Of a DNA stretch of 64,000 nucleotides, positions 25,741 through 38,964 are shown piece by piece. The notes below the pieces were generated by a model. It was not told where the DNA came from. It searched no databases and saw nothing but the letters and a program-made list of their open reading frames with translations. The stretch is from Nageia nagi. Taxonomy: Eukaryota > Plantae > Pinophyta. Made by a program: the position numbers and the translations under genes. Position 1 is the stretch's first letter. Each line of letters starts with the position of its first letter. Location: assembly GCA_050084985.1 (NCBI GenBank), contig JBITNC010000001.1, positions 161,014,001-161,078,000 of the forward strand. The letters are read 5' to 3'.

Positions 25741-28469
25741 TATTTTCTCATTCCTATGCATTTATCCTCACATTTGTGATCTTTCTTCGTTTTCATCCAC
25801 ATTTGTGATCTTTCCTTGCTTTTAAACTCATAACTCATGATATAAGTCAATCATTGAGTCTCAATTGTATACAATTGAACAGTATGCATCTCTAACCACT
25901 GTGCATGGGTCCATATTCCATGTGAGTGCTCAGGGTTTAAAGTCCTTTCAGGCGGAAACAAGTAACATTGTTTCCTCCAAGTTTTGTGGATGTTTTGGAA
26001 GGAAAGAAAACAAACCAACAAGATCATTTAATGATATTTTCTGCTTTTGCTTTCTTTCCTTTGGGTCACAACGTTTTACTCAGCCAATCCATAAATCCTG
26101 GGATAGTTTAGAATCTTCATATCATAGTAGTTAAACTCGAAATCAACAAGCCTATCGCTTGCTAAAAACTTGGAATTGGTAAAAACTCAACTAAAAACAT
26201 CAAATATTGATTTTTTTCAAATACTGGGTAAAACTTGTGAATCGCCCAAAAACTCGGCAAAAGCTTGTGATTCAACAACCAAACCTGCAAACACTTGATC
26301 AACCTCAAAAACTCAAAAATTGAATGTAAGTACTTGTTTTGATCAATTCAGAAAGATTACTCGTAAGAACTTGTCAAACTTGAAGAGTTTGATTACAATC
26401 ATTCAAATCCAAATAGCTATAGAACTATCGTAATTGGGAATAATTAAATTCTAAGCGATATTCCATGATATTGGAAATGAAGCTCTATGAATGTTTGGAT
26501 AAAGGCAAACAAATTTTAGGAATGATGGTCAACCCAGAGACTCCAATTTTAATCTTCAATCTATCATTGAGGGGACTCATTTCCACTGCTAAGGTCTTTT
26601 CTTCCTTTTATACTCAAGGAAATCCTTTGATGTATTTTTAAGGCATCTCTTATTCTAATGACTATAACATAATTGACATCTTTGCCCCTTTCATCATATA
26701 CATTTCTCAAATAATTCTAAGTTTTCTAATGAAAAGAGTAGTACTAGAGTCAAACAAGGATACCCTTTTTGTCCAACTATCTTCGGACTTCCTTCGTCAA
26801 CGACCTCATGGAGAGAATGATTGTTTATTACATCATATTCTCACCGCTATATTAATTGTTGTTAATGATTTTGTTCTTTTTGGACAATCCCCTAAGAGCT
26901 TACAATGGTAATTGGCCACTCTTGTCAACTCTATTGAGTTGTGGTTAATGTTAGCAAAACTAAAATTATAGTCTTCAATAACTCAAAAAAAGGTTCTCTC
27001 CAAGTTCGGAGTTCTTTTTCACAAATTAACCTGATTGAGAAAACATCTTACACATATTTGGGTGCTGAATTTAAAAGTTTCTCTTAATTTTAAATCTGTT
27101 ATAAAACACCTCTTAATAAGATATATGTCTTCCTCTCTAATCTTGATTATAAATGCTTCCAAATACTCATCCATAACATCCCCACAGATGATTCTATTAG
27201 ATGGTATTACTATGCTTCAATTCCTTATCGCCGAAGGATAACAAATTGTAAATTTGCACATATTAATGTCTTATAACGTTATATAAGAAACTGATTCTCT
27301 AGAGACCTATTTAGCCATAATGACTTTCAATTTTACTTTTAGACCACATAGACAACAGAGGATGGTCATACGTAGAAATCGTTAAGGAAGTTAACCTAGG
27401 CGAGAGGCACCTCAGAAACTAAGGTTCACAACCGGAGAAATGTTTGTCTGTACAGTTCTGTCTCGTGGACAGACCATTTGGAAGGTTCTGTTAGATAGCC
27501 TGGGACAAGATCAGGTTCACTTTGAGTCAGGTTTAGTTTAGGACTTGTGGCAGATGATAAGGGGTCAAGAGAACTATTGTTTATCATCAAATCGCTCTTT
27601 TTCGCTCATACTTGGATCATTTCTAGGCATCCATATAACTGATTACAGTATTCCATATAGCTATCATTATACATTTGGCTTCCAGTGGCTGAATGCAACA
27701 TTCCTAATTGTGATTCTTAGCATGGTTAAGTCGGCATTCACAAACATTAAATTAAAGTGGCAACCTTCTTGTGTTTCTGATTTGACTTAACGCTCTTCTT
27801 ATGATGAATTTCTTCATTGGATTTGAGTGTGGACGTGGCTACTCTGGTTACTGTAGGTCTATTATCCCAGACCATAAATGAAAAGGATCAAATTTAAAAG
27901 TCATAATAGAGGAGATCAAAACCTACATTTTTGTTGTTGGATGTACATTATTGGTTAAATAGCAAAGAGCATATTAATTGACCATGTGAGGTACAAGTAA
28001 TCAAATAGCAAAAACATGAGTAATATAACATGTGTAAACAATATTGCTTAACAAATTAAACCGATAACTTTCTATTATACTTAAAGTGAACAAAAAAATA
28101 TTCCAAATAGTATTCAATCTAATATTCCATTGGACGATGTTACTAAATGTTGATTAGATTTGACTTTATAATTTTTAGTCGGTAGGAAATGGAGGACCCA
28201 ATAGCGTGGAGGCGATGGTGAATGAATTTTCAATTTTTTTTTAATCTGGCTTGAGTGGGAACAAGGCGGTGCAGCCACATGGAGGGCAAGGGCCTAAAAT
28301 GACTCGGGGTTTTCAGCAGACGTATCAGGAGAAGGGTCCAAGACCCATCCACAACAGATAGTGTAGCTGGTTTGTTATGACTGGCAGAGCCCAAATCTTG
28401 GGCTAATATAATTTAGACTAGAAACAAGTGGTTTAGGGAGCCGCCATGCCAAATAACACTTGTGCCGAA

Positions 28470-29030
28470 TCAAGGGAAACTCAGCATTCCTGAGAAACTC
28501 CTGCAAATTATTGTGGCTTTGGGGGAAAACAATTTGGTTGGGAAGTTTCTAGGGTCCAGACTGGACATTGATACTACTTGGAGATGGGCAATTTCCAAAT
28601 AACAACCCCAGGATCATATGGAAATTGATGTTAGAACAAAGGGTTTCTTCATGGTGAAACTCCAAATGGGAGCAGACCTAACACGTATTCTAGCAGTACC
28701 CTCGTTTTTCCGAAAACAAGGCCTCTTCTTGAGGAGATGCAGTCCAGACTTTGATCTGAACACACAAACCATCAACACTGCGCCAGTAAGGATTCACCTT
28801 CTAAATCTTCCCTTCCAGTTCTAGCATAATGAGATCCTCTGGGGGGTAGCCTGCGAAGTTGGGGACTCAATAATGATAGATTCAACCACCAGATCCAAGA
28901 CAAGAATGATGTATGCAAGGTTCTATGTCATCATGGACTTGGATAAGGAACCTCTACGCTCCATTAACCTAGTTTCAGAACTAGGTATGTGGAAACAAGA
29001 GATTGAGAATGAGCAAAATGCCACAAAACC
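28470..29030 (+). pseudogene. L1-type LINE ORF1 remnant (DUF4283-type RRM region)
   Basis: NNLVGKFLGSRLDID...KGFFMVKLQ...GLFLRRCSPDFD...APVRIHLLNLPFQF*...IDSTT...MMYARFYVIMDLDKEPLRSINL, with in-frame stops. Confidence 0.82.
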
Positions 29031-30023
29031 TTCATGAGCACTTTCGGGTGTAAACAACAGCCTCCCATCAATGCATGACCAGATCAACAAGAACCTGAGC
29101 CTAGGGAAATTGGGCACAGGAAGGCGACACATACAAACAAAAAGAGTCCATTGGTAGATCTGAAATCTTCATCTCAGATAGAGATTGATGATGGGAAGAA
29201 CATGCATGTTGAGCTCCCAAGATCAGATAGACCTCAACAGGAGGCCTAGGTACAGAGGGTATGGCTCTGTTAAACTGACTGAAAAAGCTATTGTAAATGT
29301 TGCAAAGATTCCTTTGGACAAAGCTAGGATGATGTTGATAAAAGATCTGCCCTCAACGTCAAAGGCTCATAAAGAACCTTTACGAATCAATGAGGATTGT
29401 CCCCCTTCCAAAAAGAAATACCCAAGGGAAGAATCTTCAGATGTTCAAAATAGAAGTAAACAAAAATCAGGGATGGATCTTGGGAAGGAATGAACCCCAC
29501 TCTTAAACCAAGCAAGGAGAAAACAGAGGCAGAAATAGCAGGCAGTACCCAACTGGTTTTGAATATGGAAGACCAGCAAACCAAACAAAAAGGTTCAAAA
29601 GGTAAGGAGAAACCCTCTTGCCCAACAATAAGAAGCCCTTTTAGATAATTTTGAGCAGTCAGAAATTTGAGTAGCATGCCTCAAGATAGGAGGATTTCGT
29701 TGAGAGGTGCCTTTACCCTGCAGCCCTCTTGTCTATCGTACACCTCTTTGGTTTGATGTAATTAAAAGAGCCAGAAAGTCACTGCCAAAACAAAATCCTG
29801 AAGTGACATGTTTAGTTAGAAAATAACAAGAAACATCCAATAGCAAGAACAGAATTGGCAGTGGTTCAAAAATGTGGCAAGCTCCTAACAGTAATAAAAG
29901 ATTCCACATGATGTTTTGGAAAAGAAAATAATTTGAACATATATAATGTGAATATTAAATACAAATAGTTTCCATGGTCCAAACAGCATATGTAATATAA
30001 AAGGGCAAGGGTCTAAAAGACAC

Positions 30024-30122
30024 CTTACAAATCTGAGGATCAGCAAAGACTGGTTGCAGTAGGTCCATGTCATCATGCAGTGCAATAGCATCCAACAAAT
30101 AGTCTTCCTTCTGAGTTGAGAT
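30024..30122 (-). CDS. RRP6L3: RRP6-like 3, coding exon 3
   Basis: 99 nt, AG/GT bounded, phase 0; translates ISTQKEDYLLDAIALHDDMDLLQPVFADPQICK; follows an 89-bp intron. Confidence 0.93.
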
Positions 30123-30211
30123 CTATGGAAAGCATAAAATTTTGGTGTGAATAAGAAAAAACGAATCCTCATATGCAAAATAAAATACTACCAAAAAATA
30201 AAGATAGATAC

Positions 30212-30453
30212 CTGGATCAGAGCAGTAAAACCATGAAATGATCGCAAACTGTGTTGCTCTGTATCAACTGCAAAAACATATTCATGGGATAGTAGCTGGG
30301 AAATAAAGTCTAACTCAGATCGTGTTTGGATCCACTTGTAAGTTCCATCCATGTTTAATGGGTCGCTCCTTGAACTGAATTTCAAAGGATGTGGGGGATG
30401 GTCAAGTAAAAAGCGGATTGTATCCTCATATGGATGAGAGACAGTTGCGGTAT
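30212..30453 (-). CDS. RRP6L3: RRP6-like 3, coding exon 2 (DEDD ExoI motif)
   Basis: AG acceptor at 30455-30454, GT donor at 30211; 242 nt completes the phase-1 codon. Translates DTATVSHPYEDTIRFLL...YVFAVDTEQHSLRSFHGFTALIQ (AVDTEQHS = ExoI D-x-E). Confidence 0.93.
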
Positions 30454-31444
30454 CTGGTCACATTTGTAAAGTCCAAGCAAGTAACTGTATGGTTCTTACT
30501 AATTGCAACAAATACATTTTGCAACCACATGAAATCTAATTAATCTCACACTAGTCGCAAAATAGCATTTTCATTAATATTTCTCTGAAAGAAAAAACTT
30601 AAAAGTGTTAGTGACCTAGTCATGCACAAGAAAACAAGGGTTTCTTCAGCATCTACATCTTCAGTATAAAGAACCAATAGTGAAAGAGTACCAAGCAATA
30701 TTATAAGATTAAGCACTCCAATACAGAACTTGAAATTGTTAACGGAACAGTACACATGGCAACAGATGTACATTTCTGAGAGATGTAGCAATAAAGCTCA
30801 TATGTTGGTTGGATTACAAATAACGTCATGGGAAAATAAAGGACTGAAAGCCATAAACTATTTTCCAGGTGCTTGTATTTTGGAGCAGAAGAATTATTCC
30901 ACAAGGGAGCAGAGGAACTATTCCACAAAATGCAGACATTGAATTGTCACATTCACATGTTTTACAGGGTAATTGTTGAAGTTCAACACAACCACATGGA
31001 AGTGATGGAACTTTCTGTCAATCAGTTACACAGAATCGAAGCCTCTAGGAGAATGTTGCATCTGTACTTCATGATCTTCATAAACTCAATGCCACATATG
31101 TGCAAGAGAAATAATATAGAAAGCTAGCGGTGTGTTTGCTGTTTGCGAGAAACATGGATGTCAAATTGTTTAAGATTTGTTTCAAAGTGATTGAAAAGAT
31201 AAGAAGATCACGCACAAGAAACACTCAACGCAGTCAAAGATCAGGTCTCTGTTTGACTATTGTTTCATGGGCACCCTAATAATTATGTTTTTGAAATAAA
31301 TGAAACTAAGAAGGAATATCTGTTGGTTATAACAGTTTTGCTTGACTAAGAAGAACTAAGCATTGTTATGTTCTACAAAGATTGAATATAACCTTATAAA
31401 AATAGAAACACTTAATTAACTCTAAAAATATGTATGTCAAGGAA

Positions 31445-31810
31445 TGTTAGGAACCAAAAATCCTTAAAAGGAAATTTATTCCAAACACCTTCAAAATACG
31501 GAAATAACAACAGAGCTTCATGATTTAAACAGAACATATGTCAAAGTAATGCGATTCAGAATTTCAAAAAGATAGCAGAATAAGATAACTTTACTGAATA
31601 GCGATATGAATTGCAGGTAAGGGGACTTCCTCCTTACAGCTTAAAAAACAATTTTTTTCTCCAAGATGCTATCTCTACCCCTCTTACACATATTTATAGT
31701 GATACTACCATAACCCTAATTGGTAGTTCATTACAAAATGGTAATTTGCCTTACCAACAATATGATGGTTCACATTACAAGCTGGTACAAGATGATAATT
31801 AATTAAACTA
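31445..31810 (-). repeat. 3' LTR of host chromovirus, inner end deleted
   Basis: Matches 41965-~42335, then abuts integrase C-terminal sequence without PPT or chromodomain. Confidence 0.8.
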
Positions 31811-34061
31811 TTGTTCACCATTACAGAGCCATCCTTTGTGAATTCTGGTAACTGTATCTGAACCTTTATTTGTGAACCCACTACTTTCTTGAGACAAGAG
31901 ACATGGAATACTGGATGAACTTTTGAAGATTCGTGTAACTCCAACTTGTATGTTGTTGGTCCAATGCATTGAAGAATTTTGTATGGCCAATAAAACTTCG
32001 GAGCCAACTTTTGAGGTCCCTTTGTCTTGAGAGATTTTTGATAGTAGAGTTGAAGCCGCAAGTAAACCATGTCACCTTCTGAATTTTCTCGTTCAATTCG
32101 TCGTTGATCAGCCTGTTGTTTTATTCGATGTTGTGATGTCTACAAATTCTCCTTAAGAAATCCCAGGATATCCCCCAATTGGTTAGCTCAAACTCAATTG
32201 CTTGAACATTGGTGCTGCCAAGAACATTAGAAGTCACTATGGGTGGTGCTTGACCATATAAAGCTTCATAGAGTGTCATCTTAATTGCAGAATGATATGA
32301 AGTGTTATGAAGTGTTATACAACCACTTTGCCCAAGGAAACCATTTAACCCAATGAACTAGTTGTGCAGAAGTAAAACAATGCAAAAAAGGCTCCAGACA
32401 CTTATTAATATTTGTCTATTCATCAGTTTGGGGTGATATGCCGAACTCATATTGAGATGAGTTCCTTGAAACTTGAAGAATGCTTGCCAAAAATGACTAG
32501 TAAAAGTAGGTGTCAATCACTCAATATAATAGAGGGCATACCATGGAGCTTGAAAATGTTATCAATGAAGAGTTAAGCCACGTTGACAACCTTGTATGGG
32601 TGAGCTAAGGAACCAAAATGTGCTTACTTGGACATTTGATTCTCACAACCATAATGACAGATTTCCCATAAGACTTTGGAAGACCATTAATGAAATCCAT
32701 CAAAATATTAGTCCAAGACTGCGTCAATATGGGGAGAGGATGAAGTAATCCAAATTACCCATTATCTCGCCCTTTATTCGCTGACAAACATTATACTTTG
32801 CAACAAAGTACTTGATGTACTGTTTCATTCCACCCCAATAAAAAGATTAAGCCACCCTTTTGTAATTCTTCAAAAACCCAAAGCATGCAACTCATGAAGT
32901 ATCTTTGCTCACCATGAAGATTTGGTGGGTAGGACAATGAGACCCCTAAACCAAAGCACTCTATTACTATAAGTGAAATTGGGTTTCCTCAAAGGATCAC
33001 TTTGAAGCAATTGAATCAATGCATGAGTAGAACTGTCATTGAGCCACTCCTATTTTACCTAATCTATCCATCAATGAATTGGTGAAGATATTGCCCGCAG
33101 TGTTGTTGGTTCTTCCAATTTGTGGAAAAGGGCATCAACTACCACATTTTCCCTTCCCTTTTGATTCACAATCTCATAATCATATCCCAATAGTTTAGTA
33201 ACCCACTTTTGTTGCTCAGAAGTGGAGGTACGTTGTTCCCATTCTTCAAACTATGATGATTTGTGCATGTGAGAAAGTGCCAACCAATTAGATACGGCCA
33301 CCATCGTTGAATAGCATAAATGATTACTAACATCTCTTTTTCATATGTGGATTTCACCAAATTCCTTCTTGAAAGTGTCTTGCTAGTGAAAGCCAAGGGT
33401 CTCCCTTCTTGCATCAAAACTGCACCAATTCCCACTCTTGAAGCATCACTCTCAATTACACACGTTTTGGAGAAATCAAGCATGGTCAATACAAGGGTAG
33501 AGCACATAGCTTCTTTCAATCTATTCAAAGCATCTTTGACATTAGATGACCAAACCAAAGCATTCTTTTTGAGTAAGGATGTCAATGGAGATGCGATTTT
33601 ACCATAGTCCTTCACGAACTTCCGATAATATCCAGTCAATCCCAAAAACCCACACAAACCTTTCAATGATTTGGGAAGAGCTCAACTTTTCATATCTTCA
33701 ATTTGTGAGGGTCTACCTTAACTCCCTATTCTGAAATAATATGCCCTATATACTCAATCAAACTCTACCCAAAAGAACATTTTGAATGATTGGCATATAA
33801 TTGGTTGTCTTGTCGAATTTGTAAGGTCTAATCTAAGTGAGCCAAATGGTCCTCCCAATTTTTGCTATAAACCAAAATATCATCAAAGAAACCAAAATAA
33901 ATTTTCTAAGGTAAGGGCAAAATACTAGATTCATCAAACTCTTAAAAGCAGAAGGAGCATTGTTGAGACCGACTGGCATTACCAAAAATTCATAATGGCC
34001 ATCATGTGTGCGAAAGGTTGTTTTGGGAATATCTTCTTCTCTAACCCTAATTTGATGATAC

Positions 34062-34844
34062 TGTAATGACCCTATTTTTTAGAATATCTTGTATTCGGGA
34101 TTTTCCACAAATCTCTTCTTCTACAAGTCAGATATGGCCATTGCACCTTCAGAATTGGATAGAGCATCTTGTGGCATTTGTTTTAAGTGGTCACATGACC
34201 CCTTTTGGACAAGAAACGAAGGAGTTATGGCTACTTGAAGTTCGCCAGTGGGACCAGTTTTCCATATCATGCCTACATACGAAAATCCACTTAACTTAGT
34301 GAATTTCTACTTGAAAGTGCAACGTTGGACTATAATAAGCTTTTATGTTATTTTGAGTACTTTTATTCGTAATAAAGCCAATCAATGGCTTAGATTAGCT
34401 TAGAGGGGTCAATGCAAGATTAGGGTTGGAGTCTATATAAGAAGATGCAACGCTCCATTTTGAGCATGTTATTGATATTATTGAAATTGAAATCTAAAAC
34501 CCTTGAGTTTCCTTGAGTGAAGATTGAAGGTATTGCTCACCCCAGAGTGCATTGAAGGTGCATGGTTGGGATCTTTGACAATTTCATTGAAGGTGTGATT
34601 GCCCAAAAAACACAAAAATACAAAAATAGTCCCAAGGAGATTCGTGGCATTTTGGGGGTGTTATATTTGCATTTTGATGTTATTTGTGGATGCCTTTGGT
34701 ATTCAAGCCCATGTATTGTCTTGCAATATTTTAATATATTCTCTTTGTTGGTTATTACTCATTTCTAGTGTCTTTTGAGTAATATTTCAGTTCTATATTT
34801 TTTCTATACTTGTATTTTTGTAATTTCGTTTTTGGAACATTACA
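34062..34844 (+). repeat. 5' LTR of nested element (783 bp)
   Basis: Direct repeat of 38965-39758; TATA-like ctatataag at ~34433. Confidence 0.95.
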
Positions 34845-35468
34845 AGTGGTATAAGAGGTGGAATCTTGCCAGCCTGTGGTCAATGACTATTTTTCTAAGT
34901 TTTGGCAGTTGTGGGTATCTCAGTTTTCGAGTTTTTTTGAATTAGGGTTTTCAAAAAAATTAGGGCTTTCAAAAAAAATTTGTGGGTATTTCAGATTCAT
35001 GTTGAAAAGTGTTTTTTGTGGTGAAAATTTATGCCCTAGTGAAAATCGCAGATTTTGAGGGGATTCACAGATTTTTAGGGATTTTTTTTTTGAAAATAAC
35101 AATTGCAAATTTGGATACCCTTTTGGCCAAATTACAAATCTATGGTTTCAAAAAAAAAATTGGGTAAGATTTTAGAAATTTCAGATTTAGGGTTTTTTTG
35201 TGATTTGATTCGTTGTAGAAAAAGAAACCTCAAATTAGTCCATATCAGGAAACCCTATTTTGAGGGGGTTATTTAGGGTGGATTTTGGACTCTTAGTATC
35301 AGATTCAATATGCTAAGTCAAGTACCTGGCCCTTAGGAGCATTTTTGAGCGCTTTGCATGCCATTCTAAGCTTCTAAAAGGGTATTTCATAGGAAAAACA
35401 GGAAGGTGACTTTTTGAAGATTCAATCAGTTGAAAGAATTGCACAAATAGGGTTTTGAAGGTTGATTT

Positions 35469-36189
35469 TTGCTAAGAGTGGATCATGAAACTATTCAGGA
35501 GAAAGAGAATGAGCAAAAGTTGGATGTAATGATTGCTTTGATGCAAAAGATGGTGACATTGGAGGAAGCAAATAGGCAACAGATAGTGACATTAAAAAGG
35601 GCAAGCATGCAACAAAAAGGAACCAGTGAACCTAAGAGGGAGAAAAGACAATTGCAACAGAAAATGACCATTCCCACCTTTAATGGTCAAGATGGTTTAT
35701 CAACTTTGGGAAAAGCAGAGAAAGCTGGTATTTTCCATCAAAAGGAAGACCTTGAGAAGAATTGTGCAGAAAAATTTGAAGTTGTTCCTACCATTGAAAA
35801 GGAGGAAAAGAGCCAAACTAGAAAATTTTGAAGAAAATGTAAGTAGTGAAGACATTTCAGCAATGGAGCATGGTTCATCTAGCATGATTGATTTCACTCA
35901 AGAGATTGGTGTTAGAGATACTACTCTCCCACTTAAGGTATGTCTGAAAGAGAACCAAAATACTTCCTTTTATACATTTATACCTACACATGTTGAGAAT
36001 AAATTCAATGAGAAACATGATGCTCATGATTTGGGAAAAGAGTTAGAGAATGTTTCAGATTTGTTTTTTCCATACTCTATGGGAAAGATACAAAAGGGTG
36101 TTGAAAAATTTTCAGTTTGTGAAAGTTTGGAGAGATATGGGCTAGAACTCCAAATTAAGCCCTTAGATAATTGTGATCATATTAGATAA
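35469..36189 (+). pseudogene. Frameshifted N-terminal ORF pieces of the nested element; gag-N-like remnant
   Basis: Coiled-coil-like start, then KMTIPTFNGQD resembling the gypsy gag N-terminal K-x-x-[IF]-P-x-F-[ND]-G motif; no CCHC seen. Confidence 0.45.
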
Positions 36190-36949
36190 TTATGATCATA
36201 ATGGCCTTAGCTTTCCTTGTGTGAAGAGTTTTGTAAGGGAAAGATCAATCGTACTCGAGAATTGTGATCAACCTTTAAATGCATGAGATCCAGGAATTTT
36301 TTTCATATATAGTAAGAGTTCTTTTGAAGGAGAGAAGCACAAGCATATTTAGCTATGGTACATGTCTCATACTCCTCTCATGGGAGGAGGACAATCCCTT
36401 GACATTTCACAAATTTTGCTATGTAAAGTTAAAATTACTATAGCCATGGTTCCTTCAAATAAAATGTTGATTTTTCTCATATGGATGCATGGTAGGTTGT
36501 GTAGAACACTTCTCACATGGAACATTGCAGAAGGAGATACTTTTTCATGGACATATGTGGTATCTTTTCACTTCTTTTTGTGGCTTTCATGGATTTACAA
36601 ATTGCTGATTCAGTTTTGGTATTTGGAGTGGACTTTTGAAGTCTTATATGTGGATAGAATGGTGCAAAATTCTCACTTTTTTGCAACTAATAAATCTGAT
36701 TTAAAAATCAGAAAAATTGCAAAAAAAAAATGAGGACAATTGATACATTTTTCATTATACATGTTCACATGATATTTTCAACCTTTTAGATAGTTGGAAC
36801 AGCAAAAGGACTAATTCCACACTTGATTGGGACACTTGTGTACATTTGGAGTATGGTTTAAAAGGCAAATGGGATAAATGGGTTGCACTTATTGTTGCAT
36901 CTTGGCAATCATTGGTTCATAATTTTGTCTTGATGATTTCTGTTTCATT

Positions 36950-38827
36950 TTGAGAATGTGTCACAGTTACAGATGGGAAAATGATCACTTCATTTTCAGA
37001 TTGATAGAGTTGGAAGACACTTCTAAAACTGATTTGATTGGTGAGTTTAATTGGGCATGCATAATGACAAATTACATACATAAGTGTTGTCAAAACAATT
37101 ATTTGCAATGGAACAGTGTTGGTGCATCTTTCTTCATACTTGGTATTTTACATTGCAAAATGCTTTGGACTGTTTTGATGATAATTAGCACGGTTACAAT
37201 TTATACAAATATGGCAGTACATTGCATGTTTTTTGATGCAATAAGGGTTGAGACTGATATGCATGAGTTGCAAACTTGCATATGTGTTCTTTGGCTCAAC
37301 TTGGGTGAGGTAAAAACAGAAAATTTCATGTGTAAAGGTGCTATGATCAATTATAGGGAGAAAAGCAAGATAAATTCAAACTTGAGCAGCCATGGAAACA
37401 TTCCACGAAGGTACCAGTTGAATTCTGATTTTTATGACAGCAATGTACTATTTTTTTTGGAGCATGATAAGGATGAGGTTGCTGATAGAAAACTTGATGA
37501 GTTTCAAAAATTAGTGTCTTGTGGTGATGCCAACATATTTGGGAAAGTAACTTATTTTCGTTTTGCCATGAATTTAAGTTATATACTTTTTGCATTGGTT
37601 GGTTTTGAAAGTGTATTTTCAGTTATGGGAGCACATAGTCATGGTTGTTGTGGGTTTGAGCATGAAAATGTGAGTCAATCTTCATTCATGATGTGCACAT
37701 TCAGTTCAAAGTTACTACAGCAGTATGAAGAAGTATTGAAAAAGGTACGCAACATGTTTTTGGTCAAGGAAAGCATATATGATGAAGTCACTAATATTTG
37801 GCATGGTATGGAAGTCATATGGGAGGTAATAAATTGTGTAATTGGCTGTGATATTACTGCTGTACATTTCATTTTCAGTCACTATTTTCTTGAATTATTT
37901 GCTAGTTATCTTTCATTCATGCATGACACAATGATGGGAAATAATGAAAGCATGAGGTTAGATAAGTTTAATGCATTTATGTCTATTGGAAAGAGCAAAC
38001 CAGACCTGTTACACTCTTATTCCAGCCACTTTTCCAAGAGCCCAACCATCATTATTGATGATTTATTGATACTCCTACATGATGCAACTATGAGGGATGG
38101 AGAATCACTCAGTTTGCCTACATTTTGGGAGTACAAACACCATGTTTTTACTGTTGTTATAAGAAAATCAGACTTGATATGTATTCATGATGGACTTGGT
38201 GATGAAGAAGCAATATGGACTTTTGCCACATTTAGAGGTACGACTTGCTTTCGTGAACATCATTGCTTTGATTTGGGTTTGAAGGTTAATATTTCAGTTT
38301 TGGCTAGTTTGAGAAATGCAATTTCAGCCTTTGGAAGCTTGGGTTATATTTGTTTTGGGCATAAAAATAATTTGAAGAATAAGTCTCAGATTTTGATATG
38401 CACACTCAGTTCAGTTCTGAAACAGCAGTATGAAAGGACATGTAAGGAGGTATGTGGGTTGTTTTTGATAAAGAAAATTGCTTTTGATGAAGTCTTCAAT
38501 ATCCTCCATTGCTTGATACATAGGTTATTGGACATCATATGTGACTTTGAAGATGGTAACAACATGACTGCTGTAATTTCATTATCTAGTTCTTATTTCA
38601 TTGACACATTCGCTACTACTGCTGATTTTATCATTTTTATGCATGGTACAACTATGGGAAACAATGAAGGAATGATTTTAGATATTTTTGAGAGGTTTCA
38701 ACAGTCTTCATTCACTGCTGTATTGAAGAAATCAGACCTGTTTCATATTCAGTTTTGGTTGGCCTGCGTTAAATCAAACTTACCTTCACTCAGTTTTGAG
38801 GCATATGAAGGCTTGAGACGGATTTAG
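36950..38827 (+). CDS. 625-codon ORF of unknown function with internal duplication, carried by the nested LTR element
   Basis: By far the longest ORF in the window; true start uncertain (probably part of a longer broken ORF); repeated modules CTxSSxLxQQYE, FMHxTxMGNNE, K[SP]DL; frame resumes after one TAG and runs into the 3' LTR. Confidence 0.7.
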   Translation: MRMCHSYRWENDHFIFRLIELEDTSKTDLIGEFNWACIMTNYIHKCCQNNYLQWNSVGASFFILGILHCKMLWTVLMIISTVTIYTNMAVHCMFFDAIRVETDMHELQTCICVLWLNLGEVKTENFMCKGAMINYREKSKINSNLSSHGNIPRRYQLNSDFYDSNVLFFLEHDKDEVADRKLDEFQKLVSCGDANIFGKVTYFRFAMNLSYILFALVGFESVFSVMGAHSHGCCGFEHENVSQSSFMMCTFSSKLLQQYEEVLKKVRNMFLVKESIYDEVTNIWHGMEVIWEVINCVIGCDITAVHFIFSHYFLELFASYLSFMHDTMMGNNESMRLDKFNAFMSIGKSKPDLLHSYSSHFSKSPTIIIDDLLILLHDATMRDGESLSLPTFWEYKHHVFTVVIRKSDLICIHDGLGDEEAIWTFATFRGTTCFREHHCFDLGLKVNISVLASLRNAISAFGSLGYICFGHKNNLKNKSQILICTLSSVLKQQYERTCKEVCGLFLIKKIAFDEVFNILHCLIHRLLDIICDFEDGNNMTAVISLSSSYFIDTFATTADFIIFMHGTTMGNNEGMILDIFERFQQSSFTAVLKKSDLFHIQFWLACVKSNLPSLSFEAYEGLRRI

Positions 38828-38964
38828 GATAGTCTTGGTAAAGTTCTCTTTGGTAAAATTGTTTGGGATCCTGGTATCATAGATGATTTAAATTTGTTTC
38901 AGCTGAGTAGGGTAGAGTTGGTGTTGGGATTGCTTGAGGACAAGCAATTTGAGAAGGGTGGACT

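Noticed and set aside
26100-27360. Possible hAT end plus non-LTR or Helitron coding remnant
   Set aside because: Only faint, conflicting motif traces; cannot be assigned without a search.
27795-27870. Intronic C/D-box snoRNA (ATGATGA box C-like motif)
   Set aside because: No CTGA box D or terminal stem at a suitable distance, and it is antisense to the host gene.
34066-34768. Duplicated small ORFs (34066-34299/38969-39196 and 34562-34768/39474-39692) as paralogous genes
   Set aside because: They are the two LTR copies of the nested element.
36950-38827. Long ORF as the antisense shadow of a minus-strand gene or as RRP6L3 exons
   Set aside because: Minus-strand frames are short and interrupted, and RRP6L3 exons 1 and 2 join in phase without it.
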